Shown piece by piece: positions 30,214 to 40,158 of a stretch of 64,000 bases of DNA. Position numbers and translations under genes: made by a program. The notes beneath the pieces are model-generated. The model saw nothing but the letters and a program-made list of their open reading frames with translations, did no database searches and was not told the DNA's origin. Each line of letters starts with the position of its first letter. Position 1 is the stretch's first letter. Source of the stretch: Desulfatiglandales bacterium (GTDB taxonomy: Bacteria > Desulfobacterota > DSM-4660 > Desulfatiglandales > Desulfatiglandaceae); contig OY762721.1 of assembly GCA_963666345.1 (NCBI GenBank), forward strand, positions 2,368,001-2,432,000, in the 5' to 3' direction.

Positions 30214-30717
30214 AGCAAGCACCTTCAGCCTCTCATTGAGGTGGAAAAGGATTTCCAGCTCTTCTCCCTCCTTTTCCCTTAAAAGCATAAGGTCCTCTTT
30301 TTTTATCGAGCCGGTAACCTTGCCGCACACATAATTTATGCATATCACCTGGCGTGCCTTGAGAATGCAGCCGTTTTGCCCTAGAAAATAGCAACTTGAA
30401 GGATCAAACCTTTCTTCCGGCAGGTTGACTTGAAGCAGCATATTGACAAGTAGCAGCCATCCGTCATACCTGTTTTCCATGCCTGCCCCACAGCAGGAGC
30501 CCCCTTCCAGGCTGTCGCATTCGTAGCAGATCCGTGAAATACCTGTTCGCTCGGACAGCTTCCGGGAGGCGGTTATCGCAGTCTGGAGCCGTTTCAGAAG
30601 CAGGCTTGAAGCCTCGTCTTCATAGAACCTAATCCTCAGACGATCAAAGGCATCCCCGGCCCAGGCAATCCTTTGTTTAACGGTTAGAGAAAAGGGACCG
30701 GCTTTGCTTTCATTCAC
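30199..30717 (-). CDS. Cys-cluster protein (YkgJ/CxxCxxCC-like)
   Basis: CYEC......SCC and C.FL...GC......IC..Y.C. Confidence 0.7.
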   Translation of the reverse strand: MNESKAGPFSLTVKQRIAWAGDAFDRLRIRFYEDEASSLLLKRLQTAITASRKLSERTGISRICYECDSLEGGSCCGAGMENRYDGWLLLVNMLLQVNLPEERFDPSSCYFLGQNGCILKARQVICINYVCGKVTGSIKKEDLMLLREKEGEELEILFHLNERLKVLAEQWD

Positions 30718-33196
30718 CCTTTTTTCTGCCTTTCGTCGCCTTTTTACCGCTTTTTGGGGTGTCTCCTTCTTCGTTTTCTCCGAAATTTTTAAGGCCTTCA
30801 GCCAGTTCGTGAAGCTTCATATCGACCAGATAATTTATTGTTCCCTTTATGTAGGTACCGTCCTTCTTTTTCACTCCTGCCTTTTTATCGGTAAGAACTT
30901 CAATGCCTTCATCGATTGTTTTTACTGAATAGATATGAAACTTGCCTTTTTTTACGGCCTCGACGACATCCTTTCTCAGCATAAGATCTTTGACGTTGCT
31001 GTGCGGAATCATTACTCCCTGCCTTCCCGTGATTCCCGCTTTGATACAGCAGTCGTAAAAGCCTTCTATCTTCTCATTTACTCCGCCTATCGGCTGAACT
31101 TCGCCCTTCTGGTTGACCGATCCGGTAACCGCTATGTATTGTTTCAGCGGAACACCTGACAGACTTGAAAGCAGTGCGTAGATCTCCGTTGAAGACGCGC
31201 TGTCCCCGTCAATGCCTCCGTAGGACTGTTCAAAGGCGATGCTTGCACTCATGGTAAGAGGTTTGTCCTGCGCATATTTTTTTCTGAGGTACCCGCTCAG
31301 GATGAAGACCCCCTTGCTGTGGGTATTGCCCGACATGTCGGCTTCTCTTTCGATATTTATGATTCCCGCCTTTCCCATTGAGGTGGAGGCGGTTATCCTG
31401 GCCGGTTTGCCGAAGGAATAGTCCCCCAGGGTGTACACCGCAAGCCCGTTTACCTGTCCAGTTGCTTCCCCGTCCGAATCTATCATGAGGGTGCCGCGGT
31501 CTATCATCTCCTGAATATGTTCTTCAACCATGTTGGAGCGGTATCTCTTCGATTCAATCGCCTTGTCGACATGGGCCTCTTTTACGATCGACTCGTTAGC
31601 CCGGGAGGCCCAGAATTCCGATTCCCTTATCAGATCGGTTATAGCGGGAAAACTGGTGGAAAGTTTTTCCTGTCTTCCGCTCATCCTCACCGCCTGTTCA
31701 ACCAGCGCCGCCACGGCGGACCTGTCAAAGGGGTGCAGGTTCTCCTCATCGGTTTTCATCTTTACAAAGGATGCAAGCTGCATGATGCCTTTGTCATCTT
31801 TATCCATGGAGCTGTCAAAGTCGGCCCTTACCTTGAATATTTTTTTTACATCTTCGTCGTAGAAAAGAAGCATCTGGTAAAGGTATATGTCTGAAATTAC
31901 GACTATTTTAACGGAAAGATCAATCGGCTCCGGTTTCAGCCCGGAGGTGGTAAACAGATAGAATGGGTCATAGGTCTGGATCTCCAGTTTTTCGCTCTTT
32001 AACGCCCTTTTAAGGGCCGGCCACACGCCCGGCTCCATGACCGCGTCCATCAGGTTTATAACGAGGTATCCGCCGTTTGCCTTCAGAAGGGAACCCGCCT
32101 TGATCTTGCTGAAATCCGTCCGCCATATCCCGGCCCTATCGACAATCCTTTCTATGCTCCCGAATATGTTCCTGTAGGTTGGATAAGACTCTATTATAAC
32201 AGGTGGCCCCTTCTGATGACTGTTGTCCACCAACAGGTTGACCTGATACGGCTGAAAGGTGTCCCCCTCAGGCATCATCAACTGGAGTCCCGGAGGCATC
32301 TGCTGGGCCTGAGGCCTGAATATCTGAAGGTTTTCCGCCATGTCTTTGAGCAGGGCATCCAGATAATTTTTGACTTCCTTCTGACTGAATTTTTTGTAGA
32401 CGGGTGCGGCAAGTTCCGAGGCCCTTTTCATGAAATTGACATAGTCCATCTTTTCAATCTTTTCCTGCACCTCTTTCTGAAGATCTCTCAACTCGATAAA
32501 GATCTGGTCTATCTGGCCCCTCAGTTTTTCCTGTTTTTCCTTTAGCGATTTGAATTCATCGGCAGGAAATCTTCCCTTCTCGACCATCTCTTCAACCTGG
32601 TCGATGTGCAAGGGGTTTCCATCTATAATGGGCATCACTTCAGGCCTTTTGATCTGGCCCACCTGTAGGTCCACAAGGGCAAAACCTTCTTCCTTGACCT
32701 TCTGGTCAAGGCTTTTGAAAAATCCCTTTCCCTTGCTCTCGTAAGCCTCCATTACCTCCTTTTTGAGGTTGACATATTCCTGACTCTCAAAAAGCTTGGG
32801 GATCTGGTTCTTTAAGGTCTCGGCCAGATCGGAGACAGAGCTTTTAAAAGCACCTCCCATTCCCATTTTTAGACAGAGAAGCAGCGGCTCCTCAGGGTTC
32901 TGGAAATTGTTTACATAACAGAGATCCTGAGGAGCCTTGTCGTTTTTTGACATCTCTTTGAGCAGCTTTTTGACCGTAGACATCCTGCCGGTGCCGGCTG
33001 CGCCTGTAACGAATACATTGTAGCCCTGCTTGTCCATTCCCATACCGAACCTGAAGGCCTCGACACCTCTGTCCTGCCCGATGATTTCTTTTAAAGGCTC
33101 GATGTCATCCGTCGTTTCAAAAGGCAAATCGGCAAGATCAAGTCGCCACCTCAGCTTTTCAAGGGGTACCTCTTTTTGCTTTCTGCTTTTCGGCAT
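30710..33196 (-). CDS. Lon-like protease (AAA_32 + S16 domain, LonC/LonH type)
   Basis: IIGQDR, GQVNGL, DGDSAS (Ser), GGVNEKIEG (Lys); degenerate Walker A GAAGTGRMS; start moved to MPKSRK after GAGGAG. Confidence 0.92.
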   Translation of the reverse strand: MPKSRKQKEVPLEKLRWRLDLADLPFETTDDIEPLKEIIGQDRGVEAFRFGMGMDKQGYNVFVTGAAGTGRMSTVKKLLKEMSKNDKAPQDLCYVNNFQNPEEPLLLCLKMGMGGAFKSSVSDLAETLKNQIPKLFESQEYVNLKKEVMEAYESKGKGFFKSLDQKVKEEGFALVDLQVGQIKRPEVMPIIDGNPLHIDQVEEMVEKGRFPADEFKSLKEKQEKLRGQIDQIFIELRDLQKEVQEKIEKMDYVNFMKRASELAAPVYKKFSQKEVKNYLDALLKDMAENLQIFRPQAQQMPPGLQLMMPEGDTFQPYQVNLLVDNSHQKGPPVIIESYPTYRNIFGSIERIVDRAGIWRTDFSKIKAGSLLKANGGYLVINLMDAVMEPGVWPALKRALKSEKLEIQTYDPFYLFTTSGLKPEPIDLSVKIVVISDIYLYQMLLFYDEDVKKIFKVRADFDSSMDKDDKGIMQLASFVKMKTDEENLHPFDRSAVAALVEQAVRMSGRQEKLSTSFPAITDLIRESEFWASRANESIVKEAHVDKAIESKRYRSNMVEEHIQEMIDRGTLMIDSDGEATGQVNGLAVYTLGDYSFGKPARITASTSMGKAGIINIEREADMSGNTHSKGVFILSGYLRKKYAQDKPLTMSASIAFEQSYGGIDGDSASSTEIYALLSSLSGVPLKQYIAVTGSVNQKGEVQPIGGVNEKIEGFYDCCIKAGITGRQGVMIPHSNVKDLMLRKDVVEAVKKGKFHIYSVKTIDEGIEVLTDKKAGVKKKDGTYIKGTINYLVDMKLHELAEGLKNFGENEEGDTPKSGKKATKGRKKGE

Positions 33197-33285
33197 CTGT
33201 TTTCTCCTCACAATGCGTGGCTTTACTTTTTTGCTGAAAAATATATCTGTGTCACAAGCCTTGGATCAAAATGTGCCGGGCCGAA

Positions 33286-33741
33286 TCAACCGTTACCCGC
33301 CTTGCTTACGATTACATATCTGCCCCCCTTTTCATGTTTTTTCGGCATAAGGACTTCAAGTACACCGTCCCGGTATGTTGCGGTTATCTCATCCACCTCC
33401 ACATTGCAGGGCAGGCGGAATGTTCGGGAAATGGAGCAACTCTTTTCCTTTCGACCTGAAAACCCCTCCTGTCTGACCATGGTCCTGTCATGGGTTTCAA
33501 CATGAATGCTCAGCGTATCGGAAGTAGCGTACAGTTCGATATCGCTTGATTTGAGGCCGGGAATTTCGGCCCTTACCAAAACCGTGTTATCCTTTTCAAA
33601 AAGATAGATCCCGGGCCTTTCCTCCAGGTCCTCATGGAAAGCCTCAAGCCCGTATCGGGACCAGCACCTGTCCAGGAGGCGGTCAAAGTCTTTTCTGAGT
33701 TTGTCCATCGCCTCATCCTTCCAAACGATAAGCCCGGCCAT
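33286..33741 (-). CDS. Hsp20/alpha-crystallin small heat-shock protein
   Basis: AEIPG, R.FRLP..V....I.A.Y.DGVL.V.MPK; GGGAGG before ATG 33741. Confidence 0.9.
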   Translation of the reverse strand: MAGLIVWKDEAMDKLRKDFDRLLDRCWSRYGLEAFHEDLEERPGIYLFEKDNTVLVRAEIPGLKSSDIELYATSDTLSIHVETHDRTMVRQEGFSGRKEKSCSISRTFRLPCNVEVDEITATYRDGVLEVLMPKKHEKGGRYVIVSKAGNG

Positions 33742-34038
33742 GTCCTGTGACCTCCCTTTCTTATTATGTCTCTTCTCCAATTCAGTTGAAGAAAAAGGGT
33801 TCCTGTACAAGAAAACAGGGTTTTCGATAAGGGATCTCAACTACCCGGTTTCCGAGTATCCACTTATCCTGCCCGATCGACTTCAACCGATCGGGAAATG
33901 ATCCCTGATTATGATCCCATCTTTGTATATCATTAGGAATGGAATATTTTTGATTCATTATAGGAGATTTGGTTCTCTGAGGCAAATTGGAAAAAACGAC
34001 GCCTTAACGGATCGGGACAAGTGCCGGTAATGCGCTTT

Positions 34039-34962
34039 TTACTCCTCCCTGCTGAAGGGGTTACCCAGGGCGGATGGGGTTGTGCCGATTCCGCCTCTTT
34101 TAAGGGCCGTGACAAGAAAAAGCACCAGAACGGTTAGCAGGTAAGGAAGGATTCTTAAGATATAGGTCGGGATCAGTTCCGCCCCTGTGGCCTGAAAATA
34201 AAACTGGAGTGCATTGAGCCCCCCGAACAGGAGCGCTCCGAAAAGCGCCCTTACCGGGTTCCATGTAGAAAATATCACCATGGCAATGGCAATCCAGCCC
34301 TGACCCGCGGACATTCCCTCTTTCCACCCCGGAGTGTATACAAGGGAGAGGTAGGCCCCGGCCATGCCGGCCATCAGTCCCCCGAACAGGGTGCAGCCGT
34401 ATCTGAGAAATTTGACGGGCACGCCTGCCGCGTCGGCAGCTGCAGGGTCTTCTCCCGCAGCCCTGATGTTGAGGCCCAGATTGGTACGAAAGAGTATGAA
34501 CCAGGAAAGAGGCACGATCATGAGGGCTATAAGGACAAGAAAGGTCTGCTGGGCCAGGATCCGTCCCAGAAAAGGGACCTTGTCCAGAAAGGCGCAATCA
34601 AGTTCCTCAAGCCTTATGCCCAGCTTGCCTATAAACGGCCTTCCGAGAAAACTGCTCATTCCCATCCCGAAAATGGTTATGGCAAGCCCGCTTATGACCT
34701 GACTGGCATGCAGATTAATGGAAAGGAAAGCATGTAAAAGGGCGAGAAGGCCTCCCGCGAGCATTGCCCCTGTGAAGGCCATGACAGGGGATCCGGTCGT
34801 GTAGCCGATAATAAAACCCGTCATCGCGCCGATGAGCATGATCCCTTCGACTCCCAGGTTAAGGATGCCGCTTTTTTCGGTAAAGATCTCCCCTATACTT
34901 GCCAGAAGAACGGCGATGCATGATTTCAGGGTTATGGAGGCTATGAATATCAGGTCGTTCAT
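34039..34962 (-). CDS. Nucleoside ABC transporter permease
   Basis: EKSGILNLGVEG, GE.P.AA.AAG, G.GWIA.A. Confidence 0.92.
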   Translation of the reverse strand: MNDLIFIASITLKSCIAVLLASIGEIFTEKSGILNLGVEGIMLIGAMTGFIIGYTTGSPVMAFTGAMLAGGLLALLHAFLSINLHASQVISGLAITIFGMGMSSFLGRPFIGKLGIRLEELDCAFLDKVPFLGRILAQQTFLVLIALMIVPLSWFILFRTNLGLNIRAAGEDPAAADAAGVPVKFLRYGCTLFGGLMAGMAGAYLSLVYTPGWKEGMSAGQGWIAIAMVIFSTWNPVRALFGALLFGGLNALQFYFQATGAELIPTYILRILPYLLTVLVLFLVTALKRGGIGTTPSALGNPFSREE

Positions 34963-36026
34963 GCACTCCTCCTTAGTATCCTTATCCTGTAAAGGGAGAA
35001 AAAATTGCTGGCTAGTATCGCCAGCAGGATCGTTCCCTCAAGCACGAGGCTGATCGAGGAAGGAAGGTGAAGGGTTGTCTGAAGCTGGTCTCCTCCTACT
35101 ATGAGACCACCCAGAATTATGGCCACAAAAGGCACTGCAAGCGGATTCAAACCGGCAAGAAAGGCTATGATGATGCCGTCATAGCCGTATCCTACCGCAA
35201 GCCCCTGCTGCAGACGAAGGTGAATGCCGCAGACCTCGCTCGTGCCTGCGAGCCCCGCAAGCCCCCCGCTGATGATCAGTACGGCGATCCTTTGGCAGGT
35301 AATGTTTATGCCTGAATAGCGGGCCGCCCCAAGGCTGTTGCCTGTAACCGTTATCCTGTATCCCCACTTGGTTTTTTTAAGGATGACAAACAGGAGCATA
35401 CATGCCGCTATGGCAACAAAAAGGCCCAGATGAACCCTGGTCTGGAAAAATCTTGGAAACCAGGCGGACTCATTAAACATGGCGGTTCCGGGAAACCCTC
35501 TCCCCATGGGATCACGCCATGGTCCAAAGTAGAGGTGCTCCATTAATATGACTGCTATGTAATTGAACATGAGGGTGGTGATAATCTCGTTTACCTCCCA
35601 CCTGGCCTTGAGGATCGCAGGCAACAGCGCCCAGACGGCGCCGCCCGCAAACCCGCTGAGTAAAACAAAGGGGATCATCAAGGGGTCCGGTATATAGCTC
35701 TGAAAAAAAAGCGCCGTGCCTGATGCGAATATCCCCCCGAACACAAGCTGTCCCTCGCACCCGATATTCCAGAGCAGCATCCTGGCGGCCAGTGCTACCG
35801 CAAGGCCGGTAAAGATAAGGGGAGTGGCCTTTACGAGTACTTCAGAAAAATGGAACCAGTCTCCGAAACCTCCCATAAACATTATATAGTAGGCCCTTAA
35901 AGGGTTCGCTCCGACCGCCATAAAAATAACCGCACCTACAAGGATGGCGGGAATAACCGCCAGAAGCAGGATCTGAATAAGAGAGAACCCGGAATCAGCC
36001 TTTTTTTCCACCTTAAATACTACCAC
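34959..36026 (-). CDS. Nucleoside ABC transporter permease
   Basis: NIG.EGQ, NEII.TLM.NY, GYG.DGI..A. Confidence 0.92.
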   Translation of the reverse strand: MVVFKVEKKADSGFSLIQILLLAVIPAILVGAVIFMAVGANPLRAYYIMFMGGFGDWFHFSEVLVKATPLIFTGLAVALAARMLLWNIGCEGQLVFGGIFASGTALFFQSYIPDPLMIPFVLLSGFAGGAVWALLPAILKARWEVNEIITTLMFNYIAVILMEHLYFGPWRDPMGRGFPGTAMFNESAWFPRFFQTRVHLGLFVAIAACMLLFVILKKTKWGYRITVTGNSLGAARYSGINITCQRIAVLIISGGLAGLAGTSEVCGIHLRLQQGLAVGYGYDGIIIAFLAGLNPLAVPFVAIILGGLIVGGDQLQTTLHLPSSISLVLEGTILLAILASNFFSLYRIRILRRSA

Positions 36027-37575
36027 AATCCGTCCTTTCAGAAACGCCCGCCATCAGGAGTCCGACCTGAGAAACCCCCTCCTCATCGCTGGTTGATATC
36101 ACCTTTAAAATCTTTCCCCTGAACATGACTGCAATCCTGTCTGCCAGCGAAAGCACCTCCTTGAGATCTCCGGAGACCAGTATTACGGCCGCATGCTCCC
36201 TCTGCCTCAGAAGCGAATCCCAGACCTCTTCGGTGGCGCCCACATCAAGGCCCTGGGTGGGATGTTCCGCAATAATCAATCGCGGTTTTCGACCCAGCTC
36301 CCTGGCAAGGATGAATTTCTGAAGATTGCCGCCGGACAGCTGCCTTGCCTTTGAAGAAGGTCCTGAAGGTGTCTTGATGCCGAAATGGTCGATCGCCCCG
36401 GATGTTTCCGCGCGGGCCCCTTTGAGATCAAGAAAAGGGCCTTTCCCGAATTCTTCCACCCTTGTGAGCATGAAATTTTCAACGAGGCTTTGTGCCGGAA
36501 TGCTTGCGGTGCCGTATCTATCCTCAGGTATGTAAACAAGGCCCCTTTTGGCGGTCTTTATCCATTCAAGCGAATTAAACCGTCTTCCCTTATAGGTGAC
36601 GGAACCCTTTTTAAAGGGCAGAAGACCTGTCAGGCATGCAACAAGGGTGTCCTGGCCGTTCCCCGCCACCCCGGTTATTGCAAGGATCTCGCCGGTGCGG
36701 ACCTCCAGATCGATTTGATCAAAAGGGATATGATTATCACTGCCTCCGGAACCGAGGCCTTTGACGGCGAACACGCTTTTCCCGACAGGGACCTTTTCCT
36801 TGTCAACCTTAAGGACGATCTCCCTTCCCACCATAAGCCTTGCCAGTTCCCTCTTTGAGCGTATCTGCTCCGGAAGAAGGGTGGCGATAATTTTCCCCCT
36901 TCTCATTATGGAAATCCTGTCTGAAAGGCTCATGACCTCTTCAAGCTTGTGAGATATGAAAATGATCGTGCGTCCCGCCCCGGCCAGCCTGGTAAGGGTC
37001 TCAAATAACGGTTTTATCTCGGGTGGGGAGAGGATCGCAGTCGGTTCATCCAGGATCAGGATCTCCGCTCGCCGGTAGAGAAGTTTCAATATCTCCACCT
37101 TCTGCCTCTCCCCCATTGAAAGCTGATGGATCTTCTTGCCCGGGTCCACATAAAGGCCGTATTCTTTTGAAAAGCTTTCTATCTCGCTGTTTATCCTGCC
37201 CATATCAAGAGATTTGAGCATGCCCGCACAGCCCAGGACGATATTTTCAGCAACACTTAACGGCTCGACAAGCATGAACCTCTGATAGACCATGCCTATG
37301 CCGATGGAAAGGGCCCCGGCAGGGGAATTGAAAGAAACGGCCTTGCCTTTTAACCTTATCCCGCCTTGATCCGGCCTGTATCTGCCTGAAAGTATGGACA
37401 TGAGGGTGCTTTTTCCGGCGCCGTTTTCGCCCAGAAGCGCGTGTATCTCACCCTGTGATATGTTGAGACTGATATCCCTGTTTGCCCAGACCGGGCCGAA
37501 TCTTTTGGATATCCCTTCAAGAGAGAGGATCGAATCCGGCCTGACTTTTTCACTGTTTTCCATTACTTTAGGCAC
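36013..37575 (-). CDS. Nucleoside ABC transporter ATP-binding protein (duplicated domains)
   Basis: GENGAGKST, LDEPT, GVAGNGQ, LSGGN.QK. Confidence 0.94.
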   Translation of the reverse strand: MPKVMENSEKVRPDSILSLEGISKRFGPVWANRDISLNISQGEIHALLGENGAGKSTLMSILSGRYRPDQGGIRLKGKAVSFNSPAGALSIGIGMVYQRFMLVEPLSVAENIVLGCAGMLKSLDMGRINSEIESFSKEYGLYVDPGKKIHQLSMGERQKVEILKLLYRRAEILILDEPTAILSPPEIKPLFETLTRLAGAGRTIIFISHKLEEVMSLSDRISIMRRGKIIATLLPEQIRSKRELARLMVGREIVLKVDKEKVPVGKSVFAVKGLGSGGSDNHIPFDQIDLEVRTGEILAITGVAGNGQDTLVACLTGLLPFKKGSVTYKGRRFNSLEWIKTAKRGLVYIPEDRYGTASIPAQSLVENFMLTRVEEFGKGPFLDLKGARAETSGAIDHFGIKTPSGPSSKARQLSGGNLQKFILARELGRKPRLIIAEHPTQGLDVGATEEVWDSLLRQREHAAVILVSGDLKEVLSLADRIAVMFRGKILKVISTSDEEGVSQVGLLMAGVSERTDCGSI

Positions 37576-37579
37576 CCTG

Positions 37580-38239
37580 TCATTTAGAGGAGATAATTTG
37601 AGGGTCGGGGAGGTTTGTCAGGCTGTGGAGGGGGGCCGGAAGGAACGGATGATCGGTGCCTTCCTGGGCCGCGCAGAAGATCCCCAGGATATCCGGCGGG
37701 TCCTGCATATCCTGATTGCGTGCTATCTCTTCCACCAGCTGGGTCAGGGCAAATACCGTTCCCCCCGTGCTTACCACATCATCAATGAATATTATTCCGC
37801 CTGATGCGTTTGCAAGGAGATTGAGGTCCCTTTCATACAGGGCCAGAAATTTCCCCCCGCTTGTAATGGAGTCGGCGCCGACTTGAATAACGGGCCTGCG
37901 TTCAGATTCCATATGGGGCTTGATTCGGTTATAGGCGACCGCTACGGCGTCTATTTCAAGCTCCTGCGCAATCACCTGGGTAAGCTGGAGCGCCTTTTCA
38001 ACAACGGTCAGTATGGCTACGTTTTCAAGGTCAGGTATCGCGGCCCTGATCTTGTCCGCAAGCAAAAGTCCCAGGTCCCTGTTGAGTTTTATCTGCCCTA
38101 CCAGGTTGAAAGAGACGATACGCATACTCGACTTTTCTTCCTGCATGATTACATGCGGCAGCTCTATTTCATAGGGCAGCCCGGGGACCTTGAGGAGATA
38201 TTTCTCACCCGATTCAAGGCTTCCTAGGGTATCCATCAC
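37580..38239 (-). CDS. Purine phosphoribosyltransferase family protein
   Basis: PRPP-binding IFIDDVVSTGGT; within nucleoside ABC operon. Confidence 0.85.
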   Translation of the reverse strand: MMDTLGSLESGEKYLLKVPGLPYEIELPHVIMQEEKSSMRIVSFNLVGQIKLNRDLGLLLADKIRAAIPDLENVAILTVVEKALQLTQVIAQELEIDAVAVAYNRIKPHMESERRPVIQVGADSITSGGKFLALYERDLNLLANASGGIIFIDDVVSTGGTVFALTQLVEEIARNQDMQDPPDILGIFCAAQEGTDHPFLPAPLHSLTNLPDPQIISSK

Positions 38240-38296
38240 TTTTCCATCCCTTTTGACCGGCCCGGGGGTGCCATGATACCCCCGGGCCGGTTGGTT

Positions 38297-39397
38297 TTAA
38301 TCCGGAATTTTTCCGTTTACGCCCTTTATGAGCCATCGCATTGTCAGAAGTTCCTTGTCCGTTGCCTTTTTACCCTCGGCTACGCGAAGTTTCCCCTCTT
38401 TGTCATAAATCGGGCCGGCAAAGATATTATCCTGATTCTCTTTCAGCTTTTTCTGCTCCGACAGAACCTTTTTCCGGACTTCATCCGGTACCGATTCATT
38501 AAAACCGGTGAGTGTGATGTTGTTTTTGTCAAACCCGCCCCAGTATTCCTGTGGTTTCCACTTGCCTGCAGCTACCCTTTTGACCGCATCCACATAATAG
38601 GGTCCCCAGTTCCATATGGTTGAAAGAAGTGCGCATTTGGCCCCGTATTTCGCGGAATCGGAACCATAGCCGATAGCGGGTACTCCTTTTGCGCATGCCG
38701 CTATGCTGCTGTCGGGGGTGTCGGCCATCTGTCTTATGAGGTCATGTTTGCGGTTTACGAGCGTTTCAGCCAGAGTCGTTTCATTTATGGGGTCCCTCCA
38801 CGCCTTGAGCCAGACAACGGTATTTACCTTTTCAGGGTCGTATTCATGACCCGCCTCTTTCAAACCCTTGACAAGGCCGATTGTGAAGGCGTTTATTCCC
38901 CTTACCGGCTCGGGAATGGGGTTAGTGGCGACCGTGCCTATGTTCTTGAATCCCATAAGGCCCGCCGTGTAACCTGCAAGGTATTCACCCTGGTACATGC
39001 GGCCGAAATAATTGCCCATATTGGAGGAGGTCTTGTAGCCGGAGCAGTGCTCGAAGGCGGTATCCGGAAAATCCCTTGCCACCATTAGCATGGGGTCCAT
39101 ATGCTCGAAGGTGGTTCCGAATATGATGTCGTATCCCTGCTTGGCATAATCCCTGATCACCCTTTCGGCATCCGCGGCAAGCACCTTTTCGGTATAGCTT
39201 ATCTCGACCTTGTCCCCCATCTCTTTTTCCAGATACTTGATGCCGTCATAGGAGGCGGTGGTCCAACCCATGTCGTCGATGGTCCACAGGAGGGCGAAGG
39301 CCACCTTTACCTTCTTGTCCGCCCCGACCGCGGCAGGGGCATAGGCCAGGGAGACGGCCAGCATAACGGCTAAAGCAACAATACTGATTTTCTTCAT
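38297..39397 (-). CDS. BMP family ABC substrate-binding protein (purine nucleoside type)
   Basis: D.GWT, YLAG..AG, INAF..G, WNWGPYY; signal peptide from MKKISIV. Confidence 0.92.
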   Translation of the reverse strand: MKKISIVALAVMLAVSLAYAPAAVGADKKVKVAFALLWTIDDMGWTTASYDGIKYLEKEMGDKVEISYTEKVLAADAERVIRDYAKQGYDIIFGTTFEHMDPMLMVARDFPDTAFEHCSGYKTSSNMGNYFGRMYQGEYLAGYTAGLMGFKNIGTVATNPIPEPVRGINAFTIGLVKGLKEAGHEYDPEKVNTVVWLKAWRDPINETTLAETLVNRKHDLIRQMADTPDSSIAACAKGVPAIGYGSDSAKYGAKCALLSTIWNWGPYYVDAVKRVAAGKWKPQEYWGGFDKNNITLTGFNESVPDEVRKKVLSEQKKLKENQDNIFAGPIYDKEGKLRVAEGKKATDKELLTMRWLIKGVNGKIPD

Positions 39398-39507
39398 GAT
39401 CTGTTCCTCTCTGTCTCTATTTTTAAGGTTTGAAAAATTTTTGAAAAGACACACAATAAAATGAATGATGCTCAGAGTCAAGATGCCTTGATCATTGTTC
39501 GTCCATT

Positions 39508-39532
39508 AAAAAAATCCGGTTGTTTGAACCGG
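39508..39532 (-). terminator. Intrinsic-terminator-like hairpin in the leader of the nucleoside ABC operon
   Basis: Minus strand CCGGTT-CAAAC-AACCGG-A-TTTTTTT. Confidence 0.55.
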
Positions 39533-39860
39533 GTTGGACCGGGGCTGCAAGGCTTCAGCAGTGACGAAAGATAAAATATAATCCCGCTCAATGCGGGGAA
39601 GTCGGAAGGGCTTGTCATTTTTGACTTGAAAATTTCGGAGAATTCTATTATCTGTTCTTTTCTCACGTAAAATCATTGAATTGGCCTGGGTGTCTCCGGG
39701 AGTCGGTTTTTGTGATCGCGGAATCCTTTTTTTTATTCCGATTTTGAGAGAAACCAAATATTTTAAAGATAATAGTTAACAGGATAAATAAAATTCTGTT
39801 AAGATAGACATGAGAAAAGGCGCACGGCTTTTTCCCGAATGCTTAGCGAAAGGTGAAGAT

Positions 39861-40097
39861 ATGTCTGATTCAACAACTGTAAAGCTTCCCAAGGCAATGC
39901 CACTTGCCAAACGTATCGAGGAGGCCAGCAAACAGATCTCAGAGTGGCTTGAAAATCTTGACAGTCCTTATAATGATGAAAAGGACAGACTGCAGTTAAC
40001 CAAAATGGAAAGTAATGCGGGAGAATACTGCTATCACTATTCAATAATAAAACGCAGAGACCTGTCCGTGTCCGACGTAAGTATTCGAAAGAGATAG
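39861..40097 (+). CDS. Small hypothetical protein
   Basis: AAGGTG RBS-like before ATG 39861; plausible globular sequence; weak similarity to 55215 ORF. Confidence 0.6.
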   Translation: MSDSTTVKLPKAMPLAKRIEEASKQISEWLENLDSPYNDEKDRLQLTKMESNAGEYCYHYSIIKRRDLSVSDVSIRKR

Positions 40098-40158
40098 CAG
40101 GGGCTTTTTTACACCTCAATGAAGATATGAATATGATCAGGCCGTAAAAGCGGCCTGA

